Below are positions 35,635 to 46,736 of a stretch of DNA of 64,000 nt, in pieces; the stretch's first letter is position 1; each line of letters opens with the position of its first letter. This DNA is from an uncultured Bacilli bacterium (GTDB lineage: Bacteria; Bacillota_I; Bacilli_A; RF39; UBA660): assembly GCA_947588765.1 (NCBI GenBank), contig CANPZG010000002.1, forward strand, positions 9,794-73,793, read 5' to 3'. Under the pieces are notes generated by a model. It saw only the letters and a list, made by a program, of their open reading frames with translations. It did no database searches and was not told the origin of the DNA. A program made the translations under genes and the position numbers.

Positions 35635-36588
35635 ATGAAAAAAAGATTTAAGAGTAGAAGTAAAGTTAAAATATTTGTTTTAAGATTCCTTAGTTTAGGA
35701 GCAATCCTTTTGTTTTCTTTTTGGTTAGTTTTTAAAGTCTTATATCAAAAAATAGATTTTGATATAAATAATGAGAAATATTTACAGTTTTTAATTAATG
35801 ATGGGATTGGTAGTTATAGTATTGGGGATATTGCTTCCTTAAATAGTACGGAGTTTTTATTAAAGTATTCTTTAGGTATTGATAAAGTAAGTAATTTAGT
35901 ATCTAAAGAAGTGGAAAGTGAGATAAGTGAGCCTGAGGTTGAGGTATCCCCAAAAATAGAACCTACAATTTATTTATATAATTCGCATCAAACGGAAGGC
36001 TATAAAACTAATTTTTTGGAAAGTTTTAATATTAATAATACCGTTTTAATTGCTTCTTATATATTAAAAGAGTATTTAAATGATTTAGGAATAAATACTA
36101 TTGTCGAAGAACAAAAAATAGCTGATATCTTAAATAAAAATAATTGGAAATATGGCTATTCTTATAAAGCTAGTAGATTGCTGATGGAAGAAGCTAAAAA
36201 GAATAATCCGTCTTTAGAAATGTTTATTGATATCCACCGGGATTCTTCAGCCTATAAAAATACGGTCACGGAAATTGAAGGAAAAAAGTATGCTCGAGTT
36301 TTGTTTGTAGTTGGGTTAGAACACACGAATTACGAGGTTAACCTTAATGAGGCAAAAAAAATAAATGAAAAAATAAAAGCTTTCAATGTTTCTTTAAGTC
36401 GAGGGATAATGCAAAAGAAAGGTCCGGGTGTTAATGGCATCTATAATCAAGATTTTGATAAATATACATTTTTGATGGAAATCGGAGGACAATACAATAC
36501 GATTGAAGAAATTAATAATACTTTAAAAGTTTTAGCTAATGTTATTTATGAATATACGACGGAGGAATTTAATGAAAAAACAACCTAA
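35635..36588 (+). CDS. spoIIP: Stage II sporulation protein P
   Basis: IYLYNSHQTEGY, IDIHRDS, RVLFVVGLEH, GIYNQDF and LMEIGGQYNTIEE match the SpoIIP family. Position next to rpsT/lepA as in Bacillus. Confidence 0.85.
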   Translation: MKKRFKSRSKVKIFVLRFLSLGAILLFSFWLVFKVLYQKIDFDINNEKYLQFLINDGIGSYSIGDIASLNSTEFLLKYSLGIDKVSNLVSKEVESEISEPEVEVSPKIEPTIYLYNSHQTEGYKTNFLESFNINNTVLIASYILKEYLNDLGINTIVEEQKIADILNKNNWKYGYSYKASRLLMEEAKKNNPSLEMFIDIHRDSSAYKNTVTEIEGKKYARVLFVVGLEHTNYEVNLNEAKKINEKIKAFNVSLSRGIMQKKGPGVNGIYNQDFDKYTFLMEIGGQYNTIEEINNTLKVLANVIYEYTTEEFNEKTT

Positions 36589-36895
36589 TCGTTTTTTACA
36601 AATATTAGGGTTATTATTTGTGGTCTTTATTGCCTTATTTATTTCGAGTAAAAGTGGTTATTATGAGGCATCGTTGAATGACAAAATAGTTTTAACAGAT
36701 AAACAAATTGAAAAATTCGAACAAGATGTTTTAAATGGCGAAGTCGTTGATGTTAATTCCTATATTCTCGAGGAAAGAAAAGATTATTCTAATAAATTTA
36801 CAAATGCTGGTGATAAATTTAATGAAGTAGTGGAAGGTTTCTTAACAGATGGTTTACAGGGAGCATTTAAGGTTTTAAAAACTTTGTTTTTGTAA
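36572..36895 (+). CDS. Small membrane protein in the YqxA position
   Basis: ATG 36572 sits behind GGAGGA and overlaps the spoIIP 3' end. One TM (ILGLLFVVFIALFI). The YqxA/DUF3679 assignment rests on synteny only. Confidence 0.5.
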   Translation: MKKQPNRFLQILGLLFVVFIALFISSKSGYYEASLNDKIVLTDKQIEKFEQDVLNGEVVDVNSYILEERKDYSNKFTNAGDKFNEVVEGFLTDGLQGAFKVLKTLFL

Positions 36896-36936
36896 AAAGA
36901 GCTAATCTATAGTATAATCTTTATGGGTGGCTTAAT

Positions 36937-38727
36937 ATGAATAAGACAATTAGAAACTTTTCCATTATTGCTCATATTGATCATGGTAAATCAACTTTAG
37001 CGGATCGTATCTTAGAAATTACAAAAGCAGTTGATACGAGAGAAATGAAAGACCAATTGCTTGATAATATGGATTTGGAAAGAGAAAGAGGCATAACTAT
37101 TAAACTAAATGCTGTGCATTTAAATTATGAGTATCAAAATGAAGTCTATACTTTAAATTTAATTGATACTCCCGGACATGTCGATTTTTCTTATGAAGTT
37201 TCGCGTTCTTTAGCAGCTTGTGAAGGCGCCATATTAGTTGTTGATGCAGCCCAAGGAATTGAAGCCCAAACGTTAGCCAATTTATATTTAGCCTTAGAAA
37301 ATGATTTAACCATAATACCAGTTATTAATAAAATTGACTTACCTAATGCTGATGTTGAAAGAGTTAAGAAAGAATTAAAAAATACTTTAGGTTTTAAGGA
37401 AGAAGAAATTATTCTTTGTAGTGCCAAAACTGGTTATGGAGTCGAAGACATCATTAAAGCTGTTATTGAAAGAATTCCGGCTCCTGTTGATAACAAGAAT
37501 GAAAAAACTCGAGCCTTAATTTTTGATAGTTATTTTGATTCCTATCGGGGGGTAATTTTATTAGTCAAAGTAGTTGATGGGGTAATTAAAGTAGGCGATA
37601 CTATTAAGTGTTTAGCTTCCAATAGTGAGTTTTTAGTGGTTGAGTTAGGTGTGCATACTCCGAAGGATAAGAAGTTAGATTCTTTGTCTAGTGGGGAAGT
37701 TGGTTTTATTGCGGCAGCCATTAAAGATATATCCAAAGTAACGGTGGGTGATACCATAACTACGTTAGAACGTTGTACCGATGTTCCCCTTGCTGGCTAT
37801 AAACCCATGAAACCAATGGTATTCTCTGGCTTATTCCCAACCGAACCAAATAGATACGATGAATTAAAAGAAGCCTTGAATAAATTAAAACTTAATGATG
37901 CGGCTTTAACTTTTGAAGGGGAAACATCCGCGGCTTTAGGTTTTGGTTTTCGGGTTGGTTTTCTAGGTTTACTGCATATGGATGTCATAATTACGCGTAT
38001 TGAAAGAGAGTTTGGGATTGATATTATTGCGACAAGTCCTAGTGTTGTTTATGAAGTTACTTTAACGGATGGTAATGTGATTAATATCGATTCCCCTCAT
38101 AAAATGCCTGACCGGGTAAAAATAAAAGATATTAAGGAACCATTTATTTATACCAATATTATTGCTCCGAGTGAATATATTGGCGCCATTATGGAATTAT
38201 GTCAAAATAAAAGAGGCATATATAAATCAGTTGATTATATTGATGAGGAAAGAGTTAATATTCATTATGAAATACCTTTATCTGAAATCGTCTATGATTT
38301 TTATGATAAATTAAAAAGTTTCACCAAAGGTTATGCTTCATTTGATTATGAGATAAGTGAATATTTGAGTAGTGATTTAGTTAAAATGGATATTCTACTC
38401 AATGGGGAAGTAGTTGATGCTTTAAGTGTTATCGTTCATAAAGATTTGGCTTATAGCAAAGGCCGCGCCGTCGTTAGTAAATTAAGAGAGTTAATTCCCC
38501 GGCAAATGTTTCAAATCCCAATTCAAGCAAGTATTGGTTCCAAAGTAATTGCCCGGGAAAATATTAGTGCAATGCGGAAAAATGTCCTAGCTAAATGTTA
38601 TGGTGGAGACGTCAGCCGCAAAAGAAAATTATTAGAAAAACAAAAAGAAGGTAAAAAAAGGATGAAAATGGTTGGTTCAGTTGAAGTACCCCAAGAAGCC
38701 TTTTTAGCAATATTAAGTGAGGAGTAG
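36937..38727 (+). CDS. lepA: Elongation factor 4
   Basis: 596 aa. [24 protein letters not shown] and the conserved LepA C-terminal domain. Confidence 0.97.
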   Translation: MNKTIRNFSIIAHIDHGKSTLADRILEITKAVDTREMKDQLLDNMDLERERGITIKLNAVHLNYEYQNEVYTLNLIDTPGHVDFSYEVSRSLAACEGAILVVDAAQGIEAQTLANLYLALENDLTIIPVINKIDLPNADVERVKKELKNTLGFKEEEIILCSAKTGYGVEDIIKAVIERIPAPVDNKNEKTRALIFDSYFDSYRGVILLVKVVDGVIKVGDTIKCLASNSEFLVVELGVHTPKDKKLDSLSSGEVGFIAAAIKDISKVTVGDTITTLERCTDVPLAGYKPMKPMVFSGLFPTEPNRYDELKEALNKLKLNDAALTFEGETSAALGFGFRVGFLGLLHMDVIITRIEREFGIDIIATSPSVVYEVTLTDGNVINIDSPHKMPDRVKIKDIKEPFIYTNIIAPSEYIGAIMELCQNKRGIYKSVDYIDEERVNIHYEIPLSEIVYDFYDKLKSFTKGYASFDYEISEYLSSDLVKMDILLNGEVVDALSVIVHKDLAYSKGRAVVSKLRELIPRQMFQIPIQASIGSKVIARENISAMRKNVLAKCYGGDVSRKRKLLEKQKEGKKRMKMVGSVEVPQEAFLAILSEE

Positions 38728-38731
38728 AAAA

Positions 38732-39424
38732 ATGGAAAAGAAATTAAATATTAAAGAAATGCAAATGTTTGTAAGAAGAATCAATGGGACCGATGAAGGA
38801 TATGTTAATTTTCTATTGAAAGTAACTTTAACTTTTGGTTTTCGTTATAGTACCGTAAGTAAATTATTTGATATTCCGGAAGAAGAAGTGGGTAGATTCT
38901 TACGTCAAAATTATAATAATCCGGGAGTAACAATGGATGCTAGAAAAGAAATGGAAGCTAAAAGAAATATTATGACTTTAGATAATTTACATAGCTATGG
39001 TAAGAAAAATCAAGAAGCTGCTGAAGCCGAATACTTTGATTTTATTAATGAATTATACCAAGCTTATATGAATAAAGATAGAGCTAAAGTTATTGAACTC
39101 ATTGGATTTATTAACGATATTCCTTTTGTTAAATTTAAACAAAATCATGAAAAAGGAATGCCTTTAAATGTTGATGAAGCCTTAGCATTAATTCGTTACC
39201 AAGTTAAATATTTTATTCCTACAGTTCAATTATGTACTAAAGTTGGCCTAACTAATGCAGAATTTTTAGAAGCTGTAAAATTAGTTAAGGAAAATAATCC
39301 CGTATTATATGAATACTATATAAATTTAATTAAAGAAACAACAAGAGATGAAAAAACTAAAGAACAAGAAGCCAAAAGAAATAGTATTAAAATTAGTGTC
39401 AATGGCACTCGTCGTAAAGGATAA
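38732..39424 (+). CDS. Hypothetical protein (230 aa)
   Basis: ATG 38732 sits behind GAGGAG. Lies between lepA and hemW. No motif recognised. Confidence 0.55.
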   Translation: MEKKLNIKEMQMFVRRINGTDEGYVNFLLKVTLTFGFRYSTVSKLFDIPEEEVGRFLRQNYNNPGVTMDARKEMEAKRNIMTLDNLHSYGKKNQEAAEAEYFDFINELYQAYMNKDRAKVIELIGFINDIPFVKFKQNHEKGMPLNVDEALALIRYQVKYFIPTVQLCTKVGLTNAEFLEAVKLVKENNPVLYEYYINLIKETTRDEKTKEQEAKRNSIKISVNGTRRKG

Positions 39425-39426
39425 TA

Positions 39427-40506
39427 ATGGCTAAATCCGTTTATATTCATATTCCTTTTTGTCGGACAATTTGCGCCTATTGTGATTTTTGCAAATTTAT
39501 ATACAATGAAAAATGGGCTAGTGTCTATCTTGATACTTTAAAAAAGGAAATAACTGATCGGTATTTAGATGATGAAGTAAATACCATTTACATAGGAGGG
39601 GGAACACCTTCCGTTTTGTCTTTGTCGGAAATTAAAAGATTATTAGAAATGACGCAAATATTTAAAAGAAATAATTTACAAGAATTTACTTTTGAATGCA
39701 ATATTGAAGATATAAATGCCGATTTATTAACTTTATTAAAAGAATATGGAGTTAATCGTTTAAGTATTGGTATTGAATCATTTCAAGAAAAGAACTTAGA
39801 GTTTATGCAACGCCATGCGGATTTCAAAGATACGGAAGCCAAAATAAAATTATGTCGCTCTTTAGGTTTTAATAATATAAATTTAGATTTAATCTATGCC
39901 ATACCTAATGAAACATTGAAAGATTTAAAAAAAGATTTAAAACTATTTTTGAAATTAAAACCAGAACATATTAGTACCTATAGCTTAATGATTGAAGATC
40001 ATACAATGTTAAAGTTGAAAAATACGGAACCAATTGATGAAGAACTAGATTATTTAATGTTTTTAGAAATAGAGAAAATGTTAAAAGATTATAATCATTA
40101 TGAAATCAGTAATTTTGCTTTAAAAGGTTATGAATCGAAACATAATTTAACTTATTGGCACAATGAAGAATACTATGGTTTTGGTCTCGGGGCCTCTGGT
40201 TATATTGATGAAGTTAGATACGATAATACTAAAAATTTAAAAAGTTATCTTTTAGGTAATTATGTTGCTAAAGAAGAATTTGTTAAAGGTAAAGATAAAA
40301 TGGATTATGAAGTAATGCTTCATTTACGTTTATTAAAAGGTATTAATCTAAAAGAATTTGAAAAAAAATATAATATTGCTTTTGATAAAGCTTATGATTT
40401 AACCAAAGTTTTAAAAAACAAAGATTTAATTATAAAAGGAGGTAATATTTTCATAAATCCGGACAAAATATATGTAATGAATGAAATTTTATTAAAAATT
40501 TTGTAA
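39427..40506 (+). CDS. hemW: Radical SAM heme chaperone HemW (HemN-like)
   Basis: YIHIPFCRTICAYCDFC (CxxxCxxC), IYIGGGTPS. Position after lepA as in Bacillus. Confidence 0.9.
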   Translation: MAKSVYIHIPFCRTICAYCDFCKFIYNEKWASVYLDTLKKEITDRYLDDEVNTIYIGGGTPSVLSLSEIKRLLEMTQIFKRNNLQEFTFECNIEDINADLLTLLKEYGVNRLSIGIESFQEKNLEFMQRHADFKDTEAKIKLCRSLGFNNINLDLIYAIPNETLKDLKKDLKLFLKLKPEHISTYSLMIEDHTMLKLKNTEPIDEELDYLMFLEIEKMLKDYNHYEISNFALKGYESKHNLTYWHNEEYYGFGLGASGYIDEVRYDNTKNLKSYLLGNYVAKEEFVKGKDKMDYEVMLHLRLLKGINLKEFEKKYNIAFDKAYDLTKVLKNKDLIIKGGNIFINPDKIYVMNEILLKIL

Positions 40507-40519
40507 GGGGAATTGCATA

Positions 40520-40927
40520 ATGTTAAAGGATTTAAAAATATTAAATGGGGAATTAAGTCCTCTTTTTGATATTAATAATGATACTTATACCGTATTTGTA
40601 AATAATGATGTAACACATTTAGAAATAAGTTATAGTGTAAGTGAAAGTAGTAATGTTAATATCTATGGTAATGATAACTTAGTAGTTGGTGAAAATATAG
40701 TTATAATTGATGTTACCAATACTGATGGTGATATTTCCAGCTACAATTTACTGGTAACTAGAGAAGAAGAACAAAGGGTAAGTAATTTCGAAGTAATGGC
40801 TGATGCTATTGAAGTTAAAAAAGAATTACCTACATATGTTGCTCCCGTTATAGCTAGCATTTGCTTTCTACTTATTTTAATATCTTTTGCGATTATTTTT
40901 AAATCTAAAAAACATAAAATAAAATAA
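40520..40927 (+). CDS. Cadherin-like beta-sandwich domain protein with C-terminal TM anchor
   Basis: LKILNGELSPLFDINNDTYTVFV...THLEISY...YNLLV pattern. C-terminal helix VAPVIASICFLLILISFAIIF. Confidence 0.6.
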   Translation: MLKDLKILNGELSPLFDINNDTYTVFVNNDVTHLEISYSVSESSNVNIYGNDNLVVGENIVIIDVTNTDGDISSYNLLVTREEEQRVSNFEVMADAIEVKKELPTYVAPVIASICFLLILISFAIIFKSKKHKIK

Positions 40928-40957
40928 CTTTAGTATAAATTACTAAGGTGATTTTTT

Positions 40958-41560
40958 TTGCAATTAATTATTCATCGTGGTTTCCATGATAAAAAAGAAG
41001 AAGAAAATAAACTGCCCGCTTTTCAAAAAGTCTTTGAGAATAAAAAATATGCTGGTATTGAAACAGATATTAGAGTAACTTTAGATAAAGTGTTTGTTCT
41101 TTATCATAGTCCTCTTTATAAAGGAAAATTAATAAATGAGTGTCTATATAAAGAATTAAAAAAGGATAATATTCCCAAACTAGAGGATTTATTAAAAATA
41201 CCTACATCGAAAATATTATTGTTAGAAATAAAAGACTTTAATCTTAACCTACCTAAATTATTAAAGTTATTAGATAAGTACCAAAGAATTATTTACCTAA
41301 TGAGTTTTAGTAATAAAGTCATTAAAAAATTAAAAGATTTAAAGTGTCAGTATCCAATTGGGGTATTAAATTATGTTTTTAACAGTACCGAAAATTACGA
41401 TTATGATTTTATTTGTCTAATAAGTGATATTTTAACACCATCTATGATTGCAAGTTTTAAAGAGTTAAATATTCAAGTATTTGTCTATGGGATAAGAGGA
41501 AAAGATATGATGAAATATCCTAAATTAACTTATATAGTTGATAATAAATACTTAGATTGA
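40958..41560 (+). CDS. Glycerophosphodiester phosphodiesterase family protein
   Basis: TTG start behind AAGGTGA. IIHRGF...EN...AF...GIETDIRVTLDKVFVLYHS is the GDPD signature. Confidence 0.7.
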   Translation: MQLIIHRGFHDKKEEENKLPAFQKVFENKKYAGIETDIRVTLDKVFVLYHSPLYKGKLINECLYKELKKDNIPKLEDLLKIPTSKILLLEIKDFNLNLPKLLKLLDKYQRIIYLMSFSNKVIKKLKDLKCQYPIGVLNYVFNSTENYDYDFICLISDILTPSMIASFKELNIQVFVYGIRGKDMMKYPKLTYIVDNKYLD

Positions 41561-41632
41561 TTTGACATAGCTAGACAAATAATATTATTAAATATTGAGA
41601 TTTTATTGTATAATTATTATAGGTGAGAAAGA

Positions 41633-42715
41633 ATGAAAATTATTATTTCCGCGGGTGGTACAGGTGGACATATTTATCCAGCTTTAGCCATAATAAAAAA
41701 ATTTCAAGAAAAAGAACCTACTTTAGAGGTTTTATATATAGGTACGCATAATCGAATGGAAAAAGATATTGTTCCAAAGATGGGCATAAAATATGAAGCT
41801 TTAGAAATATATGGTTTTAGTAAAACCAAAATAATGCAAGATATAAAAAATCTTAATTTAATAAAAAAAGCTGAAGCTAAATGTTTAAAGATTATGAAAG
41901 AGTTTCAACCAGATTTAGTTATTGGCGTCGGTGGTTATGTAACTTATCCGGTTATTAAGGCGGCCAAGAAATTAGGCATTAAAACTATTTTACACGAACA
42001 AAATAGTATACCCGGTAAGTCCAATATATGGTTAAGTAAAAATGTGGATTTAGTTTGTATTTCTTTTGAAAGTACTAAAAATTATTTTAATAAAGCTAAA
42101 AAAGTTATTTATTCTGGCAATCCATGTGGAGATGGAGCTTTAAGTATTCCTAAATTAAATAAAGAAACTTTAGGTTTTAAGAAAAATAAAAAATTAATTA
42201 TTGTGGTTGCGGGTTCTTTAGGTAGTAGAACCATTAATGAAAAATTTAAACCTTTCTTAAGTTTAATTGATGATGCTGATTATGAAGTTTTATATATTGC
42301 CGGTAAAAATTTATATGCTGATTTTGTTAAGGATAGTCATTTTTCGAAAAATGTTAAAGTTGTTCCATATATGGATAATTTAAATTCTTTAATGAAAGAT
42401 GCTTATTTAATAATTACAAGAGCTGGGGCATCAACCATTAGTGAAATTTTAGCTTTAAATATTCCAAGTATTTTAATTCCTAGTCCATATGTAGCTAATA
42501 ATCATCAATATTATAATGCCCTAGATTTAGTTAATTTTGGGGTTGCCGAATTAATTGAAGAAAAGAATTTAAAAGCTGATATCCTTCAAATTGCCATCAA
42601 TGAATTAGTTAATAATACTGAAAAATATAATGAAATGGTAGATAAATTAAAGACAATTAAAACTACATCTTCTAGTGAAATTATTTATAATGAAGCAAAG
42701 GAATTATTAAAATGA
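41633..42715 (+). CDS. murG: UDP-N-acetylglucosamine--N-acetylmuramyl-(pentapeptide) pyrophosphoryl-undecaprenol GlcNAc transferase
   Basis: GGTGGHIYPALA, HEQNSIPG and RAGASTISE motifs. Confidence 0.95.
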   Translation: MKIIISAGGTGGHIYPALAIIKKFQEKEPTLEVLYIGTHNRMEKDIVPKMGIKYEALEIYGFSKTKIMQDIKNLNLIKKAEAKCLKIMKEFQPDLVIGVGGYVTYPVIKAAKKLGIKTILHEQNSIPGKSNIWLSKNVDLVCISFESTKNYFNKAKKVIYSGNPCGDGALSIPKLNKETLGFKKNKKLIIVVAGSLGSRTINEKFKPFLSLIDDADYEVLYIAGKNLYADFVKDSHFSKNVKVVPYMDNLNSLMKDAYLIITRAGASTISEILALNIPSILIPSPYVANNHQYYNALDLVNFGVAELIEEKNLKADILQIAINELVNNTEKYNEMVDKLKTIKTTSSSEIIYNEAKELLK

Positions 42716-43593
42716 TTAAGTTAGAAAAGTATGGCGAAGTTTTAACTAATGTTGATTTAAAAAAATATAATACTTATGGTATCGGGGGTATGGCTAAATA
42801 TTTAGTTAAACCTACAAGTGTATCTTCTTTGCAAAATTTAATTAGTGATTTAAAAAAGAACAATATTTCTTATTATTTATTAGGCATGGGTTCTAATGTT
42901 ATCTTGCCAGATAATGATTATGATGGGGTAATTATTCGCTTAGATAATTTAAATAAAATAACTATTAAAGATGAAAAAGTCGAAGTTGAAGGAGGAGTCC
43001 TTTTAACTTATTTTAGTAATTATTTAATTGATAGGGGATATGTTAATTTTGCTTTTTGTAATGGCGTACCCGGAACAGTTGCAAGTGCCGTTATCGGTAA
43101 TGTCGGTTGTTTTAAACATGAAATTTTTGATTATTTAATTAATGTAACTATTATTAATGAAGAAGGTAATATTGAGATAGTAGCCAAAGAAAATATTAGT
43201 TATGGTTACCGATATACGGAATTTAAAAAGCAAAATGTTGTGATTATTGCGGCTACTTTTGTAATAGAAAAAGGGGATAAGCTTTTAGCTCAAAAAGAAG
43301 TTCAAGAAAATAATTTATATCGCCAAGCCCATCAACCATTAGGTACTAAAAATGCGGGTTCTGTTTTTCGTAATCCTATAGGTTACGCTGCTGGGAAATT
43401 AATTGAAGATGCTAAGTTAAAAAAGATGATGGTAGGTGGAGCTATGGTTAGTGAAAAACACGCCAACTTTATAATTAATTATCATAATGCGACAAGTAGT
43501 GATATAATAGAATTAATTACAAAAATAAAAAAAGAAATAAAAAGGATATACGATATTGATTTAGAATTAGAACAGATTATCGTAAAATGGTAA
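42712..43593 (+). CDS. murB: UDP-N-acetylenolpyruvoylglucosamine reductase
   Basis: YNTYGIGGMAKYLVKP, GMGSNVI, NAGSVFRNP and ANFIIN motifs. Confidence 0.93.
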   Translation: MIKLEKYGEVLTNVDLKKYNTYGIGGMAKYLVKPTSVSSLQNLISDLKKNNISYYLLGMGSNVILPDNDYDGVIIRLDNLNKITIKDEKVEVEGGVLLTYFSNYLIDRGYVNFAFCNGVPGTVASAVIGNVGCFKHEIFDYLINVTIINEEGNIEIVAKENISYGYRYTEFKKQNVVIIAATFVIEKGDKLLAQKEVQENNLYRQAHQPLGTKNAGSVFRNPIGYAAGKLIEDAKLKKMMVGGAMVSEKHANFIINYHNATSSDIIELITKIKKEIKRIYDIDLELEQIIVKW

Positions 43594-43597
43594 TAAT

Positions 43598-44371
43598 ATG
43601 AAAAAGAAAGTAAAAAGGAAATTATCCATAAAAGGTCTTTTAGTAGTTATCCTTGGCATTTATTTATTATGTATGGTTGTTTATGTAATTTATAAAATGC
43701 CCGTTAAATTAATTATTGTGAAAGGTAATTCTTTAACTAGCGAAAATGAAATTTTAGAAGCTAGTAATATTAGCAAGGGAACATCTATTTGGTCTTTATT
43801 AGGTAAAAAAAATAAAATAAAAGCTTTAGATTATGTCAATGATGCTAAAATTAGATTTAATCTTTTAGGTAAAGTTACCATTGATATTGATGAAGCCCGT
43901 ATTCTTTATGCTTATGAAGATGAGTATGTTTTAAGTAATGGTAAGAAAATTGTTCCTAAGACTAAAGTTTTGGGTGTACCAACTTTAATTAATTTTTGTC
44001 CGAGTGAAGTTGAAAATAGGTTTATTGATAGACTTAAGACGATTGATTCGGCAGTTTTAAAAATGGTTAGTGAAATAAAATATGATCCTGATATCAGTGG
44101 AGATATAACTTTAGATAGTGAACGCTTCCTTCTTAAAATGAATGATGAAAATAGTGTTTATATCAATATTGTTAATATTCAAAAGCTAAATCGTTATAAA
44201 GAAGTAATTGCTACTTTAAAAGCTGAAGAAAAAGGTGTATTATATTTAGATAGTAATTCTTCAAATACTTATTTTGAAACTTACGACAAGATTTTATCTG
44301 ATAGAGAAGAAAAAGAGAAAGAAGCTGAAACTGATGAATTACCAAACGAAACTGCTGGAGATAGTGAATAA
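43598..44371 (+). CDS. divIB: Cell division protein DivIB/FtsQ
   Basis: N-terminal TM followed by a POTRA-like region. Position after murB. Confidence 0.75.
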   Translation: MKKKVKRKLSIKGLLVVILGIYLLCMVVYVIYKMPVKLIIVKGNSLTSENEILEASNISKGTSIWSLLGKKNKIKALDYVNDAKIRFNLLGKVTIDIDEARILYAYEDEYVLSNGKKIVPKTKVLGVPTLINFCPSEVENRFIDRLKTIDSAVLKMVSEIKYDPDISGDITLDSERFLLKMNDENSVYINIVNIQKLNRYKEVIATLKAEEKGVLYLDSNSSNTYFETYDKILSDREEKEKEAETDELPNETAGDSE

Positions 44372-44927
44372 TTTAGATGGCACTAAGAAGTTACTTTTAC
44401 ATAGTTGCTGTGGTCCTTGTTCGACTACTTGTATTTCTTTTTTAACTAATTATTTTGATATAACGGTTTTGTATTATAATCCTAATATTGAACCAAAGGA
44501 TGAATACGAAAAAAGAAAAAACGAACAATTAAAGTTTTTACATAATTTTGAAGGCAAACATAAAATTGAATTTCTTGATTGTGATTATGATAATGAAGCT
44601 TTTGAGGCCATAGCTAAAGGTTATGAAGAAGAAAAAGAAGGGGGAGCTAGATGTAGTAGGTGTTTTTACTTAAGACTAAAAAAAACAGCAATGCTAGCCA
44701 AAGAAAAAGGTTTTGATTATTTTGGGACAACATTAACTGTTAGTCCTCATAAAAATAGTCAAGTTATAAATACGATTGGAGAAAAAATAAGTAAAGAAGT
44801 GGGAATACCATTTTTATATAGTGATTTTAAAAAACAAGATGGATATAAGAAAAGTATTGAATTAAGTAAAGAATATGACTTATATCGTCAAAATTATTGT
44901 GGGTGTAGTTATGGAAATAAATCTTAA
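44334..44927 (+). CDS. queH: Epoxyqueuosine reductase QueH
   Basis: NYQTKLLEIV...LLLHSCCGPCS, YYNPNIEP, RCSRCFYLRL, TLTVSPHKNS and NYCGC match QueH (DUF208). Start chosen at ATG 44334, overlapping the divIB 3' end. Confidence 0.88.
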   Translation: MNYQTKLLEIVNNLDGTKKLLLHSCCGPCSTTCISFLTNYFDITVLYYNPNIEPKDEYEKRKNEQLKFLHNFEGKHKIEFLDCDYDNEAFEAIAKGYEEEKEGGARCSRCFYLRLKKTAMLAKEKGFDYFGTTLTVSPHKNSQVINTIGEKISKEVGIPFLYSDFKKQDGYKKSIELSKEYDLYRQNYCGCSYGNKS

Positions 44928-45393
44928 AAATATTTTATTATGGCTTAGTTTTATTATTTGGTTTATTTATTGTATTATTAATGCCATTTATATTATTAAA
45001 AGAAACAATACTTTAGAAGTTTCTTATTTTGAATATTTAAAAAAGAATTTTTTGCAAGTATTTAGATTAGATAAATTAATCTTAATCATTGTGTTTTATT
45101 TATATACAAGATTAAAAAATACGACAGTAAATATTTATTTATTTTTGATAATTATGTTATATTTCTTAGTTAATTTATTTTATGAAGAAAAAGTTAATCA
45201 AAAATTTAATTTCAAAAAAGATTGGTTTTCTTTACTTATTATGATTCTAATTTTTTTAATTCCCATCATTTATTATTTATTTAAAATGAATAAAGTTATG
45301 ACAACTTATTTAATGATGTTAGGTATATTTTATTTCGAACAAATACTTTTCCTTATTCCAATATTTTTAAGAAAACTAGTAAAAAAGAAATAA
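44911..45393 (+). CDS. Polytopic membrane protein, unknown function
   Basis: About 160 aa, 4-5 hydrophobic helices. Start uncertain (ATG 44911 or 44875). Confidence 0.5.
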   Translation: MEINLKNILLWLSFIIWFIYCIINAIYIIKRNNTLEVSYFEYLKKNFLQVFRLDKLILIIVFYLYTRLKNTTVNIYLFLIIMLYFLVNLFYEEKVNQKFNFKKDWFSLLIMILIFLIPIIYYLFKMNKVMTTYLMMLGIFYFEQILFLIPIFLRKLVKKK

Positions 45394-45423
45394 ATATAAT
45401 ATAATTAAAGTGGAAGTGAGATT

Positions 45424-45846
45424 ATGAATTGGATTTATTGGTTAATAGTAATTATTATTTTAACAATTGTTGAAGCAAGTACGGTTAATTTGGTATCTAT
45501 TTGGTTTATTGCGAGTGCGATAGTGAGTTTAGTTTTATCTTTTATTTATGATTCTTTATTTTTAGAAATTGGTACCTTTGTTATTGTAGGAATTATCCTA
45601 ATGATTTTAACTAAACCATTATTAGATAAATACGTTAAGAGTAAAAGTGTTAAAACTAATTTAGACCGGGTTATAGGAATGCATGGAATATGCACAGAAG
45701 AAATAAAGAAAAATGTAATTGGGGAAGTAAAAGTTGATGGTAAAAGATGGAGTGCAATAAGCACAGAAAAGATAAATGTTAATGATGAAGTTTTAATTGA
45801 AGCGATAGATGGCGTTAAATTAAAAGTTAGAAAGGAGGGTAAATAA
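45424..45846 (+). CDS. NfeD-family membrane protein
   Basis: Three N-terminal TM helices plus a C-terminal OB-like GEVKVDGKRWSAIS...IDGVKLKV. Precedes an SPFH gene. Confidence 0.8.
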   Translation: MNWIYWLIVIIILTIVEASTVNLVSIWFIASAIVSLVLSFIYDSLFLEIGTFVIVGIILMILTKPLLDKYVKSKSVKTNLDRVIGMHGICTEEIKKNVIGEVKVDGKRWSAISTEKINVNDEVLIEAIDGVKLKVRKEGK

Positions 45847-46736
45847 TGGAAGTATTTATTGTTATTTTGGTAATTGTATTACTCTTAATTATTCCTAATA
45901 TTAAAATTGTACCTCAAGCTAAAAGTTATGTTATTGAAAGATTAGGTTCTTATCATACAACATGGCAAAATGGTTTACATTTTAAATTACCTTTTATAGA
46001 TTCTATATCTAATAAAGTAACTTTAAAGGAAATAGTTAAAGATTTTGATCCTCAACCAGTTATAACGAAAGATAATGTTACAATGCAAATTGATACGGTA
46101 GTATATTATTCTATAACTGATCCAAAATTATATACTTATGGAATTGAATTTCCTGTTAGTGCAATTGAAAATTTAACAGCAACTACTTTAAGAAATATTA
46201 TTGGGGATTTAGAATTAGATCAAACTTTAACTAGTAGAGATATAATTAATACTAAAATGAGAGCAATTCTTGATGAAGCTACAGACCCATGGGGAATTAA
46301 AGTTAATCGTGTCGAAGTAAAAAATATTTTGCCACCGAGAGATATTCAAGAAGCTATGGAAAAACAAATGCGAGCTGAAAGAGAACGAAGAGAAAAAATA
46401 TTACAAGCCGAAGGGGAAAAGAAAAGTAGTATTTTAATTGCTGAAGGTGAAAAAGAAAGTGCGATATTACGTGCTGAAGCTCAAAAAGAAAGTAATATTA
46501 AAATTGCTGAAGGAGAAGCTGAAGCTTTATTAAAATTAAAACAAGCTGAAGCTGATGGTATTAGATTATTAAAAGAAGCTAAAGCTGATGAAGCCGTATT
46601 AAAATTAAAAAGTTATGAAACTTTATCAAAAGTTGCCGATGGCAAATCAACAAAAATAATCGTTCCTGCTGATTTACAAAATGTAGTTACATTTGGAACT
46701 ACTTTAAAAGAATCAATGCAAGAAGAAAAGAAATAA
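45846..46736 (+). CDS. SPFH/Band 7 (stomatin-like) protein
   Basis: IKIVPQAKSYVIERLGSY, PQPVITKDNVTMQIDTVVYY, GIKVNRVEVKNILPP and EAMEKQMRAERERR. Confidence 0.88.
   Translation: MEVFIVILVIVLLLIIPNIKIVPQAKSYVIERLGSYHTTWQNGLHFKLPFIDSISNKVTLKEIVKDFDPQPVITKDNVTMQIDTVVYYSITDPKLYTYGIEFPVSAIENLTATTLRNIIGDLELDQTLTSRDIINTKMRAILDEATDPWGIKVNRVEVKNILPPRDIQEAMEKQMRAERERREKILQAEGEKKSSILIAEGEKESAILRAEAQKESNIKIAEGEAEALLKLKQAEADGIRLLKEAKADEAVLKLKSYETLSKVADGKSTKIIVPADLQNVVTFGTTLKESMQEEKK

Noticed and set aside
44274-44333. The ORF-track start of the queH ORF at 44274 (MKLTTRFYLIEKKKRKK...).
   Set aside because: The extension lies fully inside divIB in another frame. QueH homologs begin near the xNYQxxL motif, which matches the internal ATG at 44334.
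45846-46736. The SPFH protein considered as the FloA (YqfA) flotillin ortholog, because of the Bacillus-like yqeZ-yqfA-yqfC-yqfD synteny.
   Set aside because: The sequence has stomatin/PHB-type blocks (VIERLGSY, ITKDNV, EAMEKQMRAERERR) rather than the FloA/UPF0365 pattern I recall. It is called generically as an SPFH/Band 7 protein.
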